The translations under genes were made by a program, and so were the position numbers. Below, piece by piece: positions 13,440-26,998 of a stretch of DNA of 64,000 nucleotides. Every line of letters begins with the position of its first letter. Position 1 is the first letter of the stretch. Source of the DNA: Stegostoma tigrinum (taxonomy: Eukaryota). The notes under the pieces are model-generated. The model was not told where the DNA came from. It was given only the letters and a program-made list of their open reading frames with translations, and did no database searches. The stretch is taken from assembly GCF_030684315.1 (NCBI RefSeq), contig NC_081359.1:92846838-92910837 (forward strand). Direction: 5' to 3'.

Positions 13440-13660
13440 GGGTCCCTGGTTTGATTTCTGGTTTCAGGCAACTGTCTGTGTGAAGTTCGCTCGTTCACCT
13501 TGTGTCTGCATAAGCTTCTTCCCGTAGTCCAAAGCTGTGCAGGTTTGGTGGATGGGCTGTGGGAAACGCAGGGTTACAGGATGGGTTTGGGATGCATTTT
13601 GGAGGGTTAGTGAACTCGATGGACCAACTGGCCTGCTTCCACACTGTAGGGATTCTATGA
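13440..13660 (+). mobile_element. Decayed HE1-like V-SINE
   Basis: ggcaactgtctgtgtgaag...gtccaaagctgtgcagg...cctgcttccacactgtagggattctatg. Confidence 0.7.
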
Positions 13661-14086
13661 AATTTTATTACAAGTTGGTTTAAAAGGTTTATTTTTGATT
13701 AAAGCGGTCTTCACAAAAATCATGTTGATTTCTGATTTCTTTTACCACTAACCTTGCTTTTCCTTAATGTTGCAAAACAAATGTTATACTTCCAAATAAA
13801 ACCTTTTTTGGAAACATTGTCTCTAATCTCTCGTTGTTAGCTGTCTGGAGAGATTTATCAAATTTGTTGTGCTTTGCTTTTTGTAAGTTTACACAGTGAC
13901 CTCTCCTGTGCGAACTAAATCTTAAAAACCAAAAAAGATAGATCAAAATTGGTAACAGAATAATCAGCTGACCAAGCATTTTTTGGTTTGGTTTGAATGT
14001 TCCAAGATTGTGACATTTCTGGTTTTTGTTTAACATGTGTTAATTATTTTTGCAGTGATTGACCTGGCTGACCTCTCTCTAAGATT

Positions 14087-14266
14087 GTATAATGAGTTTT
14101 CTGATTGGACCAGATTAACAGCCCCGATCAGGGAGCTCTGCCTGACAGATTATAAACAAGAGAGTCAGGGGTTCTGCTAACTCAGCTGGATCAATGTCAA
14201 GGACTCTCCTCCTAGTAAATAAAGGGTGACCTGCTGATAGGATACTGCCATCTGGGAGTTGCTTTG
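14087..14266 (+). mobile_element. Solo Gypsy LTR fragment
   Basis: aatgagttttctgattggaccagattaacagccccgatcagggag...taaataaagggtgac is homologous to 7457-7790. Confidence 0.65.
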
Positions 14267-14554
14267 TTTTTAATTGACCAGATGGGGAAAAGATTACTTT
14301 GTGTAGAATTTTTACTTGTCTTAATTGAATCCTTGAATAATAACTGTTTAATTAGTGCCCTAGTTATTTACTAATTGATTTCAGCAAATTATATTAAACT
14401 TGGGGATAATTACTTGCATTAATTGTTTATATTTGTTATGTGAAACGTGCAAAAGACTGGCATTTATTTGCACAGCCTAACCATTAAACTAGTTAAGTGA
14501 ATACCAATTGGATTGAAGCCTGCTATAATACAATATTTATAATGTTCAAATAAA

Positions 14555-14684
14555 ATCACTGCTATGGATGATGGAAATCTGGAACCGGCACAGAGAATGC
14601 TGGAGAAATTGAGCTGGTCTAACAGTATTTGTGGAAAGAGAAACGGCGTTAACCTTGAGTCTGGTGTGACTGTTGTTCAGAACT
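14555..14684 (-). mobile_element. PLE family C terminal fragment (decayed hammerhead end)
   Basis: Homologous to the arms at 57721-57960 (gctggagaaa..cag..ggtct..cag.at.tgtgga.agagaaa...gttaac...cagaact). Similar fragments at about 10100-10156 and 32598-32740. Confidence 0.55.
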
Positions 14685-14799
14685 TTAAAATGTCTCATTG
14701 GGAAAACTTTGGAATGTTTGCTTCAGAAGTAAGTAGCTACTGCAGTTGGTTTCCTATACTGAAGTAATTTTATAAAATGACCTAAGCCGTGACTCCCTT

Positions 14800-15540
14800 G
14801 CTGGTAATCTCACTCCTGATGCAGAGACTTAAAAACATGATCTACGTTGACAGCATATTGCAGTACAGAGGTAGTGCTACACTAGAGGTAATGCCATTTG
14901 GATGAAATGTTAAACTGATATCCTTCAGGTGAATGTGAGAGACTTCATAATTAGTTTTAAAGAGGAACTCTTACAAGATCATCAGGAGTGAACATAAGGC
15001 CATTTGGCCTATTTTAAGCCTACCCCACTATTCAGTGCAATCATGGCTGACCTACTTTAACTTCTCCTTCCCACAGAGCCTATTTAGATGATTCTCTTAG
15101 TATCGAAGAGTCAACTGGAATAAATTTAGCACCAACAGAATAGGCACAGTTTGAGAGAATTCCAAAGATTCATGACATGTTTTATTGAAGACAACTTCTT
15201 TTAGCGTGGTACAAAATTGGCTGAGAATTCTCATAAGGGTCAGTAGAGGTGTCTCTGATCATGCACCCTGTCAGACTCCTTTAAGAACTTCTGATGATTC
15301 AATGAGATTAATTTATTATTTCTTCAAAACTTGACAGAAGAGTCTGTTCAATCTCCCCTCAGATCTCGGAAGGAAATCCCCTTGTCCTGGGGCCCTGGCC
15401 AATGTTTAGCTCTCATCCAACATTAATAAAACTGATTCTTGGAACATTATTTTATTCTTGTGACTACACTTCAAAAGTGCTTCATCCGTTGTAAACTGCT
15501 TGGGGACAAGCGGAGGTTGTGGGGTGTGCTAGAAAAGCCT
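14800..15540 (+). mobile_element. Deu-domain SINE (SacSINE1/AmnSINE-like), split by a decayed CR1 3' fragment
   Basis: gcagtacagaggtagtgctacactagagg...ggatgaaatgttaaac; resumes near 15380 with gtcctggggccctggccaatg...actacacttcaaaag. Confidence 0.5.
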
Positions 15541-15629
15541 TTTAGCCCTCATTTTGATTTTTGTTGTGTGGACAGGAGCTGCCTCTTAAGTGGTAAGTAA
15601 ACCTGTGCTACCTTACTTGGACAATTGAA

Positions 15630-16070
15630 CGCAAGAACATAATCAGGAGCAAGAGTGGACAATTCAACCTCTCGAGCCTTCTCTGCCATTTTTAATATGA
15701 TCATGGTTGATCTCCTTTTAGCCTGAACTCAACTTCCCCACCTGCTCCCCATAACCTTTTTAAACCATTACTAATTAAAAATCTGCCTATCTCCTCCTCA
15801 GACTTATTCAGTGTGACAATATCCACGCCACTCTGGAGCAGTGATTTACAACATGAATCCACAGATTTTATGGTGCTTTTTTGACAGTAATTCATTCTCA
15901 TCTCTGTTTTAAATTTGCTGTCCATTATAATAAAACTACGACCTCTTGTTCTAGGTTGCCCCTACACGAGGAAACTTCTGTTTTTTATATGTCAACTTTG
16001 CCAATCCCCTTTTGTCTTTAGATCTCCCCTCTTCTTTCTAAATTCTAGTGAGGATGGGCCTCAGCTGCTG
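15630..16070 (-). mobile_element. CR1 3' fragment
   Basis: Reverse of a CR1 3' end; ORF 15701-15925 reads FKTEMRMNY...EIGRFLISNG. Confidence 0.65.
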
Positions 16071-16479
16071 GGGAAATGTTTCCTTTCACCAGCTTGATTT
16101 TATTCAGATACTACAGACTACCTTTTTTTTTTGAAAAACCAGCCTAGTTTGAAAGAATAAAGTAAATAATCATATTTATAGCAATAATGTAACAAAGACA
16201 ATCGGAAACCATGATGTTTATACGCTAATGAATATTTTGCTGGTTATTTATGCTAGTTACAAGCTAAGTTGTTGCAGGATCTCATCAAAACCTTTGTCAA
16301 TTTTCCACCCGGTGATCTGTTACCACTGCATTTTAATAATTAGTGTTGTAGCAATACACTGTATTTTACATGTATAATTTAATATCAATTAACAGGAAAT
16401 ACTAAAAATACACAGCAGATCAGTTAATACCCAAAAAGACAGAAGGAAAATTTAAAGTTTTCAAGCTGTGAACCCTTAA

Positions 16480-17090
16480 AATGGCCACCCAAGTGGACAG
16501 GGTTGTTAAGAAAGCATATGGTGTTTTGGCTTTCATTAACAGGGGGATTGAGTTTGAGTCGTGAGATCTTGTTGCAGCTCTATAAAACTTTGGTTAGACC
16601 GCACTTGGAATACTGCGTCCAGTTCTGGTCGCCCTATTATAGGAAACATGTGGATGCTTTGGAGAGGGTTCAGAGGAGGTTTACCAGGATGCTGCCTGGA
16701 CTGGAGGGCTTATCTTATGAAGAGAGGTTGACTGAGCTCGGACTCCTTTTTCATTGGAGAAAAGGAGGAGGAGGAGAGGGGACCTAATTGAGGTATACAA
16801 GATAATGAGAGGCATAGATAGAGTTGATAGCCAGAGACTCTTTCCCAGGGCAGACATGGCTAGCACGAGGGGTCATAGTTTTAAGCTGGTTGGAGGAAAG
16901 AATGGAGGGGATGTCAGGCGGGTTCTTTACACAGAGTTGTGAGAGCATGGAATGCGTTGCCAGCAGCAGTTGTGGAAGCAAGGTCATTGGGGTCATTTAA
17001 GAGACTGCTGGACATGCATATGGTCACAGAAATTTGAGGGTGCATACATGAGGATCAATGGTCGGCACAACATTGTGGGCTGAAGGGCCA
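16480..17090 (+). mobile_element. CR1 LINE 3' fragment (young)
   Basis: LYKTLVRPHLEYCVQFWSPYYRK...LERVQRRFTRMLPGL; 3' UTR ggtcggcacaacattgtgggctgaagggcc. Confidence 0.9.
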
Positions 17091-17394
17091 TTCTCCTCCA
17101 CTCCCAGACCCTCCACAAGGTTTCTCCAGTCCCCCCCCTCAAGGCTCACGTGTTGGGACTGAGCCAGATCATGATCACATCATCCAGCCGGCTGCCCCAC
17201 AGTCACTTTACACTTGGTGAGATGTTAACTGGCTCAGAGCAAGACTTCTGCCCCTACTTGGGTGCCCACCTTAAGAGAGTAGCCAATTCAATTCATTGAC
17301 AGGCAGCTCAGTGCCTGACAGTGCAGGTTTGAGCAGTGAAAAAAAAAAAAGTAGCTGGGGTGCTAAGGAGGAATCTGAAGGTGAGTTGATTAGG

Positions 17395-17815
17395 ATTGAG
17401 TAGATTAGGATTATTTTCATTAGAAAAATGGAGATTGAAGGGGGACCTGATTTGAGGTCTGCAAAATTATGATGGGTATAGACAGGGTGGATAGCAAAAC
17501 ACTTTTTTTCCTGGAGTGGGGACTCAATTACTAGGGGTCATGAGTTCAAAATGAGGGGAGGAAAGTTTAAGGGAGATATGCGTGGAAAGTTCTTTACACA
17601 GGGTGGTGGGTGCCTGGAATGTGTTGCCAGCGGAGGTGGTAGACGCAGACATGTTAGTGTCTTTTAAGATGTATTTGGACAGGTACATGGATGGGCGGGG
17701 AGCAAATGGACACAGACCGTTAGAAAATAGATGACAGGTTAGACAGAGGATCTTGATCAGCGCAGGCTTGGAGGGCCAACGGGCCTGTTCCTGTACTGTA
17801 GGTTTCTTTGTTCTT
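17395..17815 (+). mobile_element. CR1 LINE 3' fragment (second subfamily)
   Basis: RLKGDLI...RGHEFK...GDMRGKFFTQ; ends gggcctgttcctgtactgta..ttctttgttcttt. Confidence 0.8.
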
Positions 17816-18282
17816 TGAGTCCAAGGTATTTGCATTGCTTGCCTGGCAGCCCGTGTGAGGCATGAAGAGTTTAGAGTGTGTGCCCTTTTGAGGAGTGGTG
17901 GGAGAAAAATGTCTTCCCAAAAGGAATTTCTGCCCAATGGCAGTTTGCCCACTGGCATGCCAAAGCTAAAATAGCATTAGGTCAAAATAGGGCATTTAGA
18001 TGGCCATGTGTAAATCACTTTGATGTCTCAATAGGCCCGACAGCAAGCAGATCCTGCCATTCCCAGCTCCCACCCTGAGTACCTTGGGAAACTGGTCTGG
18101 GATGGGCAGCAAGCCAGAAGGCAGACCATGAGCTGGATTTTACAAGCCCTCTGCCAGCAGGGAGCCACACGGTTCAGGCCGAAGTCACCGATCTTCTCTC
18201 TTTCAAGAAAGAAAACAATATTGACGGAGACGGAGAGGAAAAACTGGAAATCTGAAATTGAAAAGAATTTTAAAAATTGTTT

Positions 18283-18655
18283 CAGAGATAGTAGGAATGG
18301 CAGATGCTAGAGAATCTGAGATAACAAAGTGTAGAGCTGGATGAACACAGCAGGCCAAGCAGCATCAGAGGAGGAGGAAGGCTGTCGTTTCAGGCCCAGA
18401 CCCTCCTTCAGAAATGGGGGAGGGGAAGGTGGAATCCGAAATAAATAGGGAGGGAAGGGGGGAGGCAGATAAAAGATGAATAGAGAAGATAGCTGGAGAG
18501 GAGACAGACCACTCGGAGGTGGGGATGGAGCCGGTAAAGGTGAGTGTCGGTAGGGAGGAGATAGGTCAGTCCAGGGAGGACAGACAAGTCAAGGGGGCAG
18601 GATGAAGTTGGTAGGTAGGAGTTGGGGCGTGGCCTGAGGTGGGAGGAAGGACAGG
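18283..18655 (-). mobile_element. PLE family A 3' terminal fragment
   Basis: Homologous to 55029-55400 and 8511-8850, including a decayed hammerhead at about 18385-18412. Confidence 0.75.
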
Positions 18656-20065
18656 CTCAAATTACACAGTAGGACAGCTATCAGCTGTAATAAGGAAAAG
18701 GCAGCTGCAATGTTTTGAATGGTGGGGATTTGGGAGTTATAAAGACATGCTACAATTTTTAAAGTGACTTTACAGCATTGACTATCATTTAGAGATCAAA
18801 GAGGCAGTGTCCTATTTTATTAAAATACTACAGATTTCTGATCTTTTAAGAAACTTCAAGCAAGTTTACATATAGCCCAGATAACCTATGTTCTAGCTAA
18901 ATAAGTGACTTTTTCAATTACTGATGAAAGGAAGTACAGCACAAAATTGTAATCACAGATTTCTGCAAAATTCCCACACTCTGCAGTAACTGATGGGTTA
19001 CAGCTGATTTGCAAAGCTTTGTTCTGAACTTTGAAATACTGGAAGTTCAAGGCTGGGTGAGTTGTTGTATTAGAGACAAGGTTTTACACTTTACCTTCTA
19101 CTCTTGTGAAACTCTTCAATACAGACCTGTGTTTAAAGCCAGATCTCAAAGGTTCAAGGGTCTGATTCTTGTCGATGACAGCAGCTGAATGCAGTTTGTA
19201 TTCAGTTTGGACTTCACGTGTGTAGCTTCATGCTGTGTTTCCACAACATAGCAACAGTGTGCCGTGCAGTTACTGTTTGTCTTTAATGATCTTGGCATAA
19301 GAAAAACTGTGCCAAAAACTTTTCACTGCCCTTTTCTTCTTCTGTTATTGCCGAACCCCTGTTTTATTAAAAGTTAGTTTTGATTTGTTTGTAACCCCTA
19401 GCAACCTTGGGACACCAGATATTTCATTTGTTGCTTTGCTGGGTTAGTTGCATAGGGTTGAACCTTTTTTTATAACACCCTGAATGACGTGGGTTATGGT
19501 TAGATTTGTGAAAGAACATGTGAGAAATCAGACGATTTCCACCTGCTACTTTGGGAATGACTCCCTGTATTTTTTTTCTATGCTTTTGCAAAACGGCGAG
19601 GTGGTGAATTGCTGATGAAGCGGAATCATGTCTGGTTAAATGACACAATTTGCATCATTTAATGTTCAGATTCCTGTCTAACCCAATGGACAGAACAAAT
19701 CAGATGACAAGAATTCTGAACGTGGAAGTCAAACCAGGCTCCTGACACCATCAGCTCACTGCTGGCTATGAGCAACCTCCAACTTGATCAGCACCAAACA
19801 CCGTCTCGGGACACAATTCCTGTGCACCAGCCAGACGCGCACTCCTGTGTCTGAGGACACAGACACTTTCCAACCCTCAGGATCCCATGGCACCTCTCCA
19901 ATCCACTGCCAAGACACTTAGGAAGCATAACCCTACATTGCATTGGTACCCACCTTCTACCTTTTTGAAAAGCTGCTACAAGGGCATTCTGTGCTCAGGG
20001 ACAGGCACACAGCAGATGGATTGGACCAGGCTGTATCTCAGAACTGTACATTTGCATGACCCATA

Positions 20066-20295
20066 CTGGTTAGCACTGCCTCACAGCATCGGGGGCCGGG
20101 TTCTGATTCCAGCCTCAGTACGTGTGGAGTTTGCACATTTTCCCTAGGTCTGCGTGGGTTTCCTCCAGGTGCTCTAGTTTCCTTCCATGGTCCAATGATA
20201 TGTAGACTAGATGGCTTGGCCGTGCTGCGGATAGGTTAGGTGGGTGTGTCTAGGTGGTCTTTGGAGGATTAATGCAGACTCGATGGGCCGAATGT
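20066..20295 (+). mobile_element. Decayed V-SINE
   Basis: tggttagcactgcctcacagc...gtggagtttgcacattttccc...gatgggccgaatg. Confidence 0.7.
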
Positions 20296-22289
20296 TGAAT
20301 ATCATTTCTGTTTCTTGTCTGTGATTTTTACATCATATTCAGCCTTTTATCTTTTTTACACCCTCAGTGCTGTCATAGTGACAAACCCTTTAGCACAACC
20401 CAAATCCAAAAGAACTGTAGATGCTGTAAATCGGTGTTCCATTCATAAGAGAAATCCCACCCCCAAGGCAGGCTGCTTGTTGTGTTTGTCAGTAGTGTCC
20501 TGTCCTGGGGGGGTGGGGTTTCCCTTATGTTTGGAACAGTGGGATGTCAGGCTAACACCTACAGCATGTGCCAGCTGCGTGTGGGGCTAAAACACACCAC
20601 GTTTGTTCAAACACGTGGCCGTGTTGGTACGGGGCTAATCCACAATTTTTGAGTAGTGGGGGTGGGGGTTGCTGCCTGCCAGGAGTCACAGTACCATCGG
20701 ATACACGTACAGTCTGCACACAGCCCAGGGGTTGGCCATAGTCAGTCGCTGCTTGGGCCATACATTGGCAGGAGATCTGTCTGAGTACAGGGTGAGCAGC
20801 ACGAACGGCCAGGGGAATTGCATCCCGTTGAGTCGGTGCATTTTAAAGACAAGGGGGCAGGTGTAAGGGCTGTTTGTCGAAGTCCGAGGTCTGAGCTGCA
20901 TAAAATGATTGGGGACAGGAAGTGGAAAGGGGGGGTTCTGTCCATTGATGGTTAAGAGGGGGCAATAGGGGTCTGTAATGGGAGTGGGTGAGTGTCACTG
21001 CCAAAGGTCATGGGGGAGTCAGGGTTCCAGGATTGGCCCTCCTGCAACCTTGTCCCTCACAGCATTGTGGGTGCACCAACATCGGATAGACTGCAAAATA
21101 CTTCCAGAAAGCAGCTCACCAAATACCTCTTCTTGAGGCAACTAGAGATGAACAATAAATACTGGCCCACATGCCCTGAGCCCTCTTTTTTTTTTTGAAA
21201 AAATAGTGACTGTTTTTCTGTGGGCTTCAATGAATGTTGTAACTAACGTGGAAGGAGCTGATTAGGTTACTGAAGCGTGATATTCGATTTGCTTGAATGA
21301 TCAAAAAAGCTAATATGTAAGCATTTAAATTTTTATATGTACTTTTATGTGATCATACAAGAAACAAATTGAAATGCATACATGGTTACTTGGAATTCAA
21401 ACAACTGAATTTCCTTCAGTTAATCCTTTTCAATTGATTAAGTGTAACTTCCTCAGAACATGTGTTTAAAACTTATGCTTTAAACATAGCATGACTGCTT
21501 CTTCATGCAGTGAGGCGACCGTCTTATGCAGTGCACATTTTAAGAGTAATTGTTTCGGAAACTTTAGTTATGGGGTGGGAGTAATTCTGAGTCAGTCTGT
21601 TCAAGATCAAGGTGAACCCAATCCAGGTGAGATCTGGGCTTGTCTCTGAGATAAACTTGACTCATATCCTGACTTTCAAGCCACGACTGTGTCATAAGCA
21701 CCTTCCCTGTAATTACTTTGTCTGAAGATGCATCTGGCTGGATTTCTTCTCAAATTAACTTATTTTGCATTGAACGTCATATTTCTATGTTTCATGTCTG
21801 ATTTTTTTTTTTAAAAATCACATTCAGCCTTTATCTTTTTATTCACTTTGTGGTTATCATTTTCATTATTTTTTAATGCTCAGTGGGACCAGTTACCTAG
21901 GTTAGCTGGATGGGTGACTTGCAATGCAAAGTGATGCCAACAGCAAGGGTTCAATTCCACACAAGCTGAGGTTACCACAAAGGACTGTCCTCCTCAAGCT
22001 CTCCCCTTGCCTTGGGCATGGCGACCCATTTAGGTTAAACCACTCCTAGTCATGGTGTCATCCAGCATGAAAACAGACACTTGCATCCAACTCATCGACG
22101 TCAACCAGACATTCCAATCTGACCCAGCCCCATTTGTCGGAACTTGGCGCATAACCCTCTTAAACCCTCCCTATTCATGTAGCCATCCAGTTGCCTTTTA
22201 AATGTAATTGTACCAAGCCTGTACCACTTGCTCTAGCAGCTTGTTCTGTACACATCTGTGTGTAAAAGTTACCCCTCAGGTCTTTTTTA

Positions 22290-24545
22290 AATTGTTAGAT
22301 TTGGAAGTAGGTGAGCACTTTGGTGATAGCGATCACAATTCTGTTATGTTTACTTTAGTGATGGAAAGGGACAGGTGTATACCACTGGGCAAGAGTTATA
22401 GCTGGGGGAAAGGCAATTACGATGAGATTAGGCAAGATTTAGGGAGCATAGGATGGGGAAGGAAACTGCAGGGGATGGGCACATTAGAAATGTGGAGCTT
22501 ATTCAAGGAAAAGCTCCTGTGTCCTAGATAAGTATGTACCTGTCATACAGGGAAGAAGCTGTAGAGCGCGGGAGCCATGGTTTATGAAGGAGGTGGAATC
22601 TCTCTTCAAGAGGAAGAAGGCGGCTTATGTTGGGATGAGATGTGAAGGCTCAGTTAGGGCACTTGAGGGCACTTGAGATAGCCAGGAAAGACCTAAAGAG
22701 AGAGCTCAGAAGAGCCAGGAGGAGACATGAGAAGTTGTTGGCGGATAGGATCAGGGTAAACCCTAAGGCTTTCTATAGGTATTTAAGGAATAAAAGAATG
22801 ACAAAAGTAAGATTAGGCCCAATCAAGGATAGTAGTGGTAAGTTGTGTGTGGAGTCAGAGGAGATAGGGGAAGCACTAAATGAATATTTTTCAACAGTAT
22901 TCACTCTCTAGAAAACGACAATGTTTTCGAGGAGAATACGGAGATACCGGCTACTAGACTAGGTGGGATTGAGGCTCACAAGGAAGAGGTATTAGAAATC
23001 CTACAGAGGGTGAAGATAGGTTCCCCTGGGCCGGATGGGATTTATCCTCTGGGAAGCCAGGGAGGAGATTGCCGAGCCTTTGGCATTGATCTTTAACTCG
23101 TCATTGTCTACAGGAATAGTGCCAGATGACTGGAGAATAGCAAATGTGGTTCCGCTGTTCAAGAAGGGGAGTAGAGACAACCCTGGTAATTATAGACCAG
23201 TGAGCCTTACCTCAGTTGTTGGTAAAGTGTTGGAAAAGGTTATAAGGGATAAGATTTATAATCATCTCAAAGAATAAATTGATTAGGGATAGTCAGCATG
23301 GTTTTGTGAAGGGAAGGTTGTGTCTCTCAAACCTTATTGAGTTCTTTGAGAAGGTGACCAAACGGGTAGATGAGTGTAAACCAGTTGATGTGGTGTATAT
23401 GGACTTCAGCAAAGCGTTTGATAAGGTTCCCCACAGTAGGCTATTGTACAAAATGCGGAGGAATGGGATTGTGGGAGATATAGCAGTTTGGATCGGAAAT
23501 TGGCTTTCTGAAAGAAGACAGAGGATGGTAGTTGATGGGAAATGGTCATTCTGGAGACCAGTTACTAGTGGTGTACCGCAAAGGTCGGTGTTGGGTCCAC
23601 TGCTGTTTGTCATTTTTATAAATGACCTGGATGAGGGCATAGAAGGATGGGTTGGTAAATTTACAGACGACACTAAGGTCGGTGGAGTTCTAGATAGTGA
23701 CGAAGGATGCTGTAGGTTGCAGAGAGACATAGATAAGCTGCAGAGCTGGGCTGAGAGGTGGCAAATGGAGTTTAATGCAGACAAGTGTGAGGTGATGCAC
23801 TTTGGTAGGAGTAATTGGAAGGCAAAGTACAGGGCTAATGGTAAGATTCTTAGTAGTGTAGATGAGCAGAGAGATCTCGGTGTCCATGTACACAGATCCT
23901 TGAAAGTTGCCACCCAGGTTGACAGGGCTGTTAAGAAGGCATACAGCGTTTTAGCTTTTATTAATAGAGGGATTGCGTTCCGGAACCAAGAGGTTATGGT
24001 GAAGCTGTACAAAACTCTGGTGCGGCTGCACTTGGGGTATTGTGTACAGTTCTGGTCACTGCATTATAAGAAGGATGTGGCAGCTTTGCAAAGGGTGCAG
24101 AGGAGATTTACTAGGATGTTGCCTGGTATGGAGGGAAGGTCTTACGAGGAAAGGCTGAGGGACTTGAGGCTGTTTTCATTAGAGAGAAGGAGGTTGAGAG
24201 GTGACTTAATTGAAACACATAAAATAATCAGAGGGTTAGATAGGGAGAGCCTTTTTCCTAGGATGGTGACGGCGAGCACGAGGGGGCATAGCTTTAAATT
24301 GAGGGGTGAAAGATATAGGACAGATATCAGAGGTAGTTTCTTTACTCAGAGTAGTAATGGAATGGAATGCTTTGCCTGCAACGGTAGTAGATTCGCCAAC
24401 TTTAGGTACATGTAAGTCGTCATTGGATAAGTATATGGACGTACATGGAATAGTGTCGGTTAGATGGGCTTGAGATCGGTATGACAAGTCGGCACAACAT
24501 CGAGTGCCAAAGGGCCTGTACTATGCTGTAATGTTCTATGCTCTA
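22290..24545 (+). mobile_element. 5'-truncated CR1 LINE (about 2.25 kb ORF2 with frameshifts) inserted into an older minus-strand CR1 3' end
   Basis: GDSDHNS, DWRIANVVPLFKKG..NYRPVSLTSVVGK, SQHGF, DFSKAFDKVPH, FTDDTK, and a 3' tail tgtaatgttctatg. Host CR1 fragment at about 22070-22290 resumes at about 24547-24760. Confidence 0.95.
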
Positions 24546-25831
24546 AATCTTGTCCCTCACACCTTAAGCCTATGGCTTGTAATTTTTCATCCCCCCCCCC
24601 ACAGGAAAAAGCCTTTTCACCCTATCCATGCCCCTTCTGATATTAGAAACCTCTAAGATTGCCCTTTGGCCTCAGATGCTCCAGGGGTGAGAAACCCAGC
24701 CTACTCAACCTCTCCTTATAGCTTGAACCCTTCAACCATGGCAACATCCTTTTGTACATCTTTGTCTGAATCCTCTCCAACAACATCCATCCCGTGCACC
24801 CTCGTGCTCTCGCACTCTCTATGCGACTTAAAATGTCAAAGGTTGACTCTGCCCTGTGGTAGATGTGAGGCCTACAGCACTGAGGCTCTTCAGTGCATTG
24901 TATTCATGCTAGCCAAAACAACCACCTAATTATTTTAATGCTACTGTATGTCTTGGCATAGTAAGTGCACTTCTAAATACTTGTGTCTCGACCATGCTAA
25001 CAGTGAGTTCCAGATTCCTACCACCACCTGGGTGAAAAGGCTTTTTCCTTACATCTCCTTACTTCCTGCCTCTCCGAATGGGCTTTAAAGATTTCATGGC
25101 ACACTTTGAAGGGCAAGGGCATATTTCACAATCTGCAAGGCAAGATTTCTCCCACAACTAATGCCACTAAAGCTGATTATCTGGTCGTTATCGCATTCCT
25201 GTTGGTAGGAAGTTGTACTTAACTTGGCTGCATGTTCTCTACATTGAGAGTTACTGTTGCAATGCTCCTTTTTAAAATGTACTTGCTGGTTATAGTGTGT
25301 GTTCCGTTGTCATTTATCCCAAAGCCTTTTGGGCTGCTGTGTGGCTATGCATCTGTGGCAAGAACTTTGACAACATTTCAACAATAGATGTTTGCCAGTG
25401 AAAGACAAGGTGCTATGTAAATGCAAATTCCAGTATATTCATCGTCATCATATAGTGTGACATATTTAGTGAGTATCGGAATGTGGTACATCATTATAGC
25501 AAGGGAGCCATGCGAAATAGCTGAGTTCACCAAGAGAACTAATTTTGAGTAGTGGCCATGTATGAGGGTGAGGCCATTGTATCCTGAGATTTCAGCTTTG
25601 TTTGAACATTGTTAAGGAAGAGTTGGCCACGGTATCTGGAGCAGTTGAAAACTAATCATTTCTCTTTCTAGTGAAACACTAAACATGTTCCTTTTGATCA
25701 AGTGTTTATAAGTCCAAAGATGTGCAGGTTAGATGGATTGACCATGCTAAATTGCCTATGGTTTCGAGGGATATGAATACTGATGGATTACCCATGGGAA
25801 GTGCTGGGTTACAGGAATAGGGTGGGGAGGT

Positions 25832-26998
25832 TAGAACATTACAGCACAGTACAGGCCCTTCGGCCCTCGATGTTGTGCCGACCTGTCGTACCGATCTGAA
25901 ACCCATCTAACCTATACTATTCCATGTACGTCCATATGCATGTCCAATGATGACTTAAATGTACCTAAAGTTGCTGAATCTACTACCGTTGCAGGCAAAG
26001 TGTTCCATTCCGTTACTACTCTCCTGAGTAAAGAAACTACCTCTGACATCTGTCGTATATCTTTCACCCCTCAATTTAAAGCTATGCCCCTCGTGTTCGC
26101 CGTCACCATCCTACGAAAAAGGCTCTCCCTATCCACCCTATCTAACCCTCTGATTATTTTGTGTTTCAATTAAGTCCCCTCTCAACCTTCTTCTCTCTAA
26201 CGAAAACAGCCTTAAGTCCCTCAGCCTTTCCTCGTAAGACCTTCCCTCCATACCAGGCAACATCCTAGTAAATCTCCTCTGCACCCTGTTCCAAAGCTTC
26301 CACATCCTTCGTATAACGCAGTGACCGGAATACTCCAAGTGCGGCTGCAGCATAACCTCTTGGTTCCGGAACTCGATCCCTCTATTAATAAAAGCTAAAA
26401 CACTGTATGCCTTCTTAACAGCCCTGTCAACCTGGGTGGCAACTTTCAAGGATCTGTGTACATGGACACCGAGATCTCTCTGCTCATCTACACTACTAAG
26501 AATCTTACCATTAGCCCTGTACTTTGCCTTCCAATTACTCCTACCAAAGTGCATCACCTCACGCTTGTCTGCATTAAACTCCATTTGCCACCTCTCAGCC
26601 CAGCTCTGCAGCTTATCTATGTCTCTCTGCAACCTACAGCATCCTTCGTCACTATCTAGAACTCCACCGACCTTAGTGTCGTCTGCAAATTTACTAACCC
26701 ATCCTTCTACGCCCAGGTCGTTTATAAAAATGACAAACGGCAGTGGACCCAACACCGATCCTTGTGGTCCTCCACTAGTAACTGGTCTCCAGGATGAATA
26801 TTTCCCATCAACTACCATCCTCTGTCTTCTTTCAGCAAGCCAATTTCCGTTCAAAACTGCTATATCTCCCACAATCCCATTCCTCCGCATTTTGTACAAT
26901 AGCCTACTGTGGGGAACCCTTTCGAACGCCTTGCTGAAATCCATATACACCACATCAACCGGTTTACTCTCATCTACCTGTTTGGTCACCTTCTCAAT
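25832..26998 (-). mobile_element. 5'-truncated CR1 LINE, same subfamily as 22290-24545, inserted into a V-SINE
   Basis: ORF 26138-27091 is nearly identical to 23279-24415 (FADDTK). V-SINE halves lie at about 25705-25830 and 27000-27070. Confidence 0.93.
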
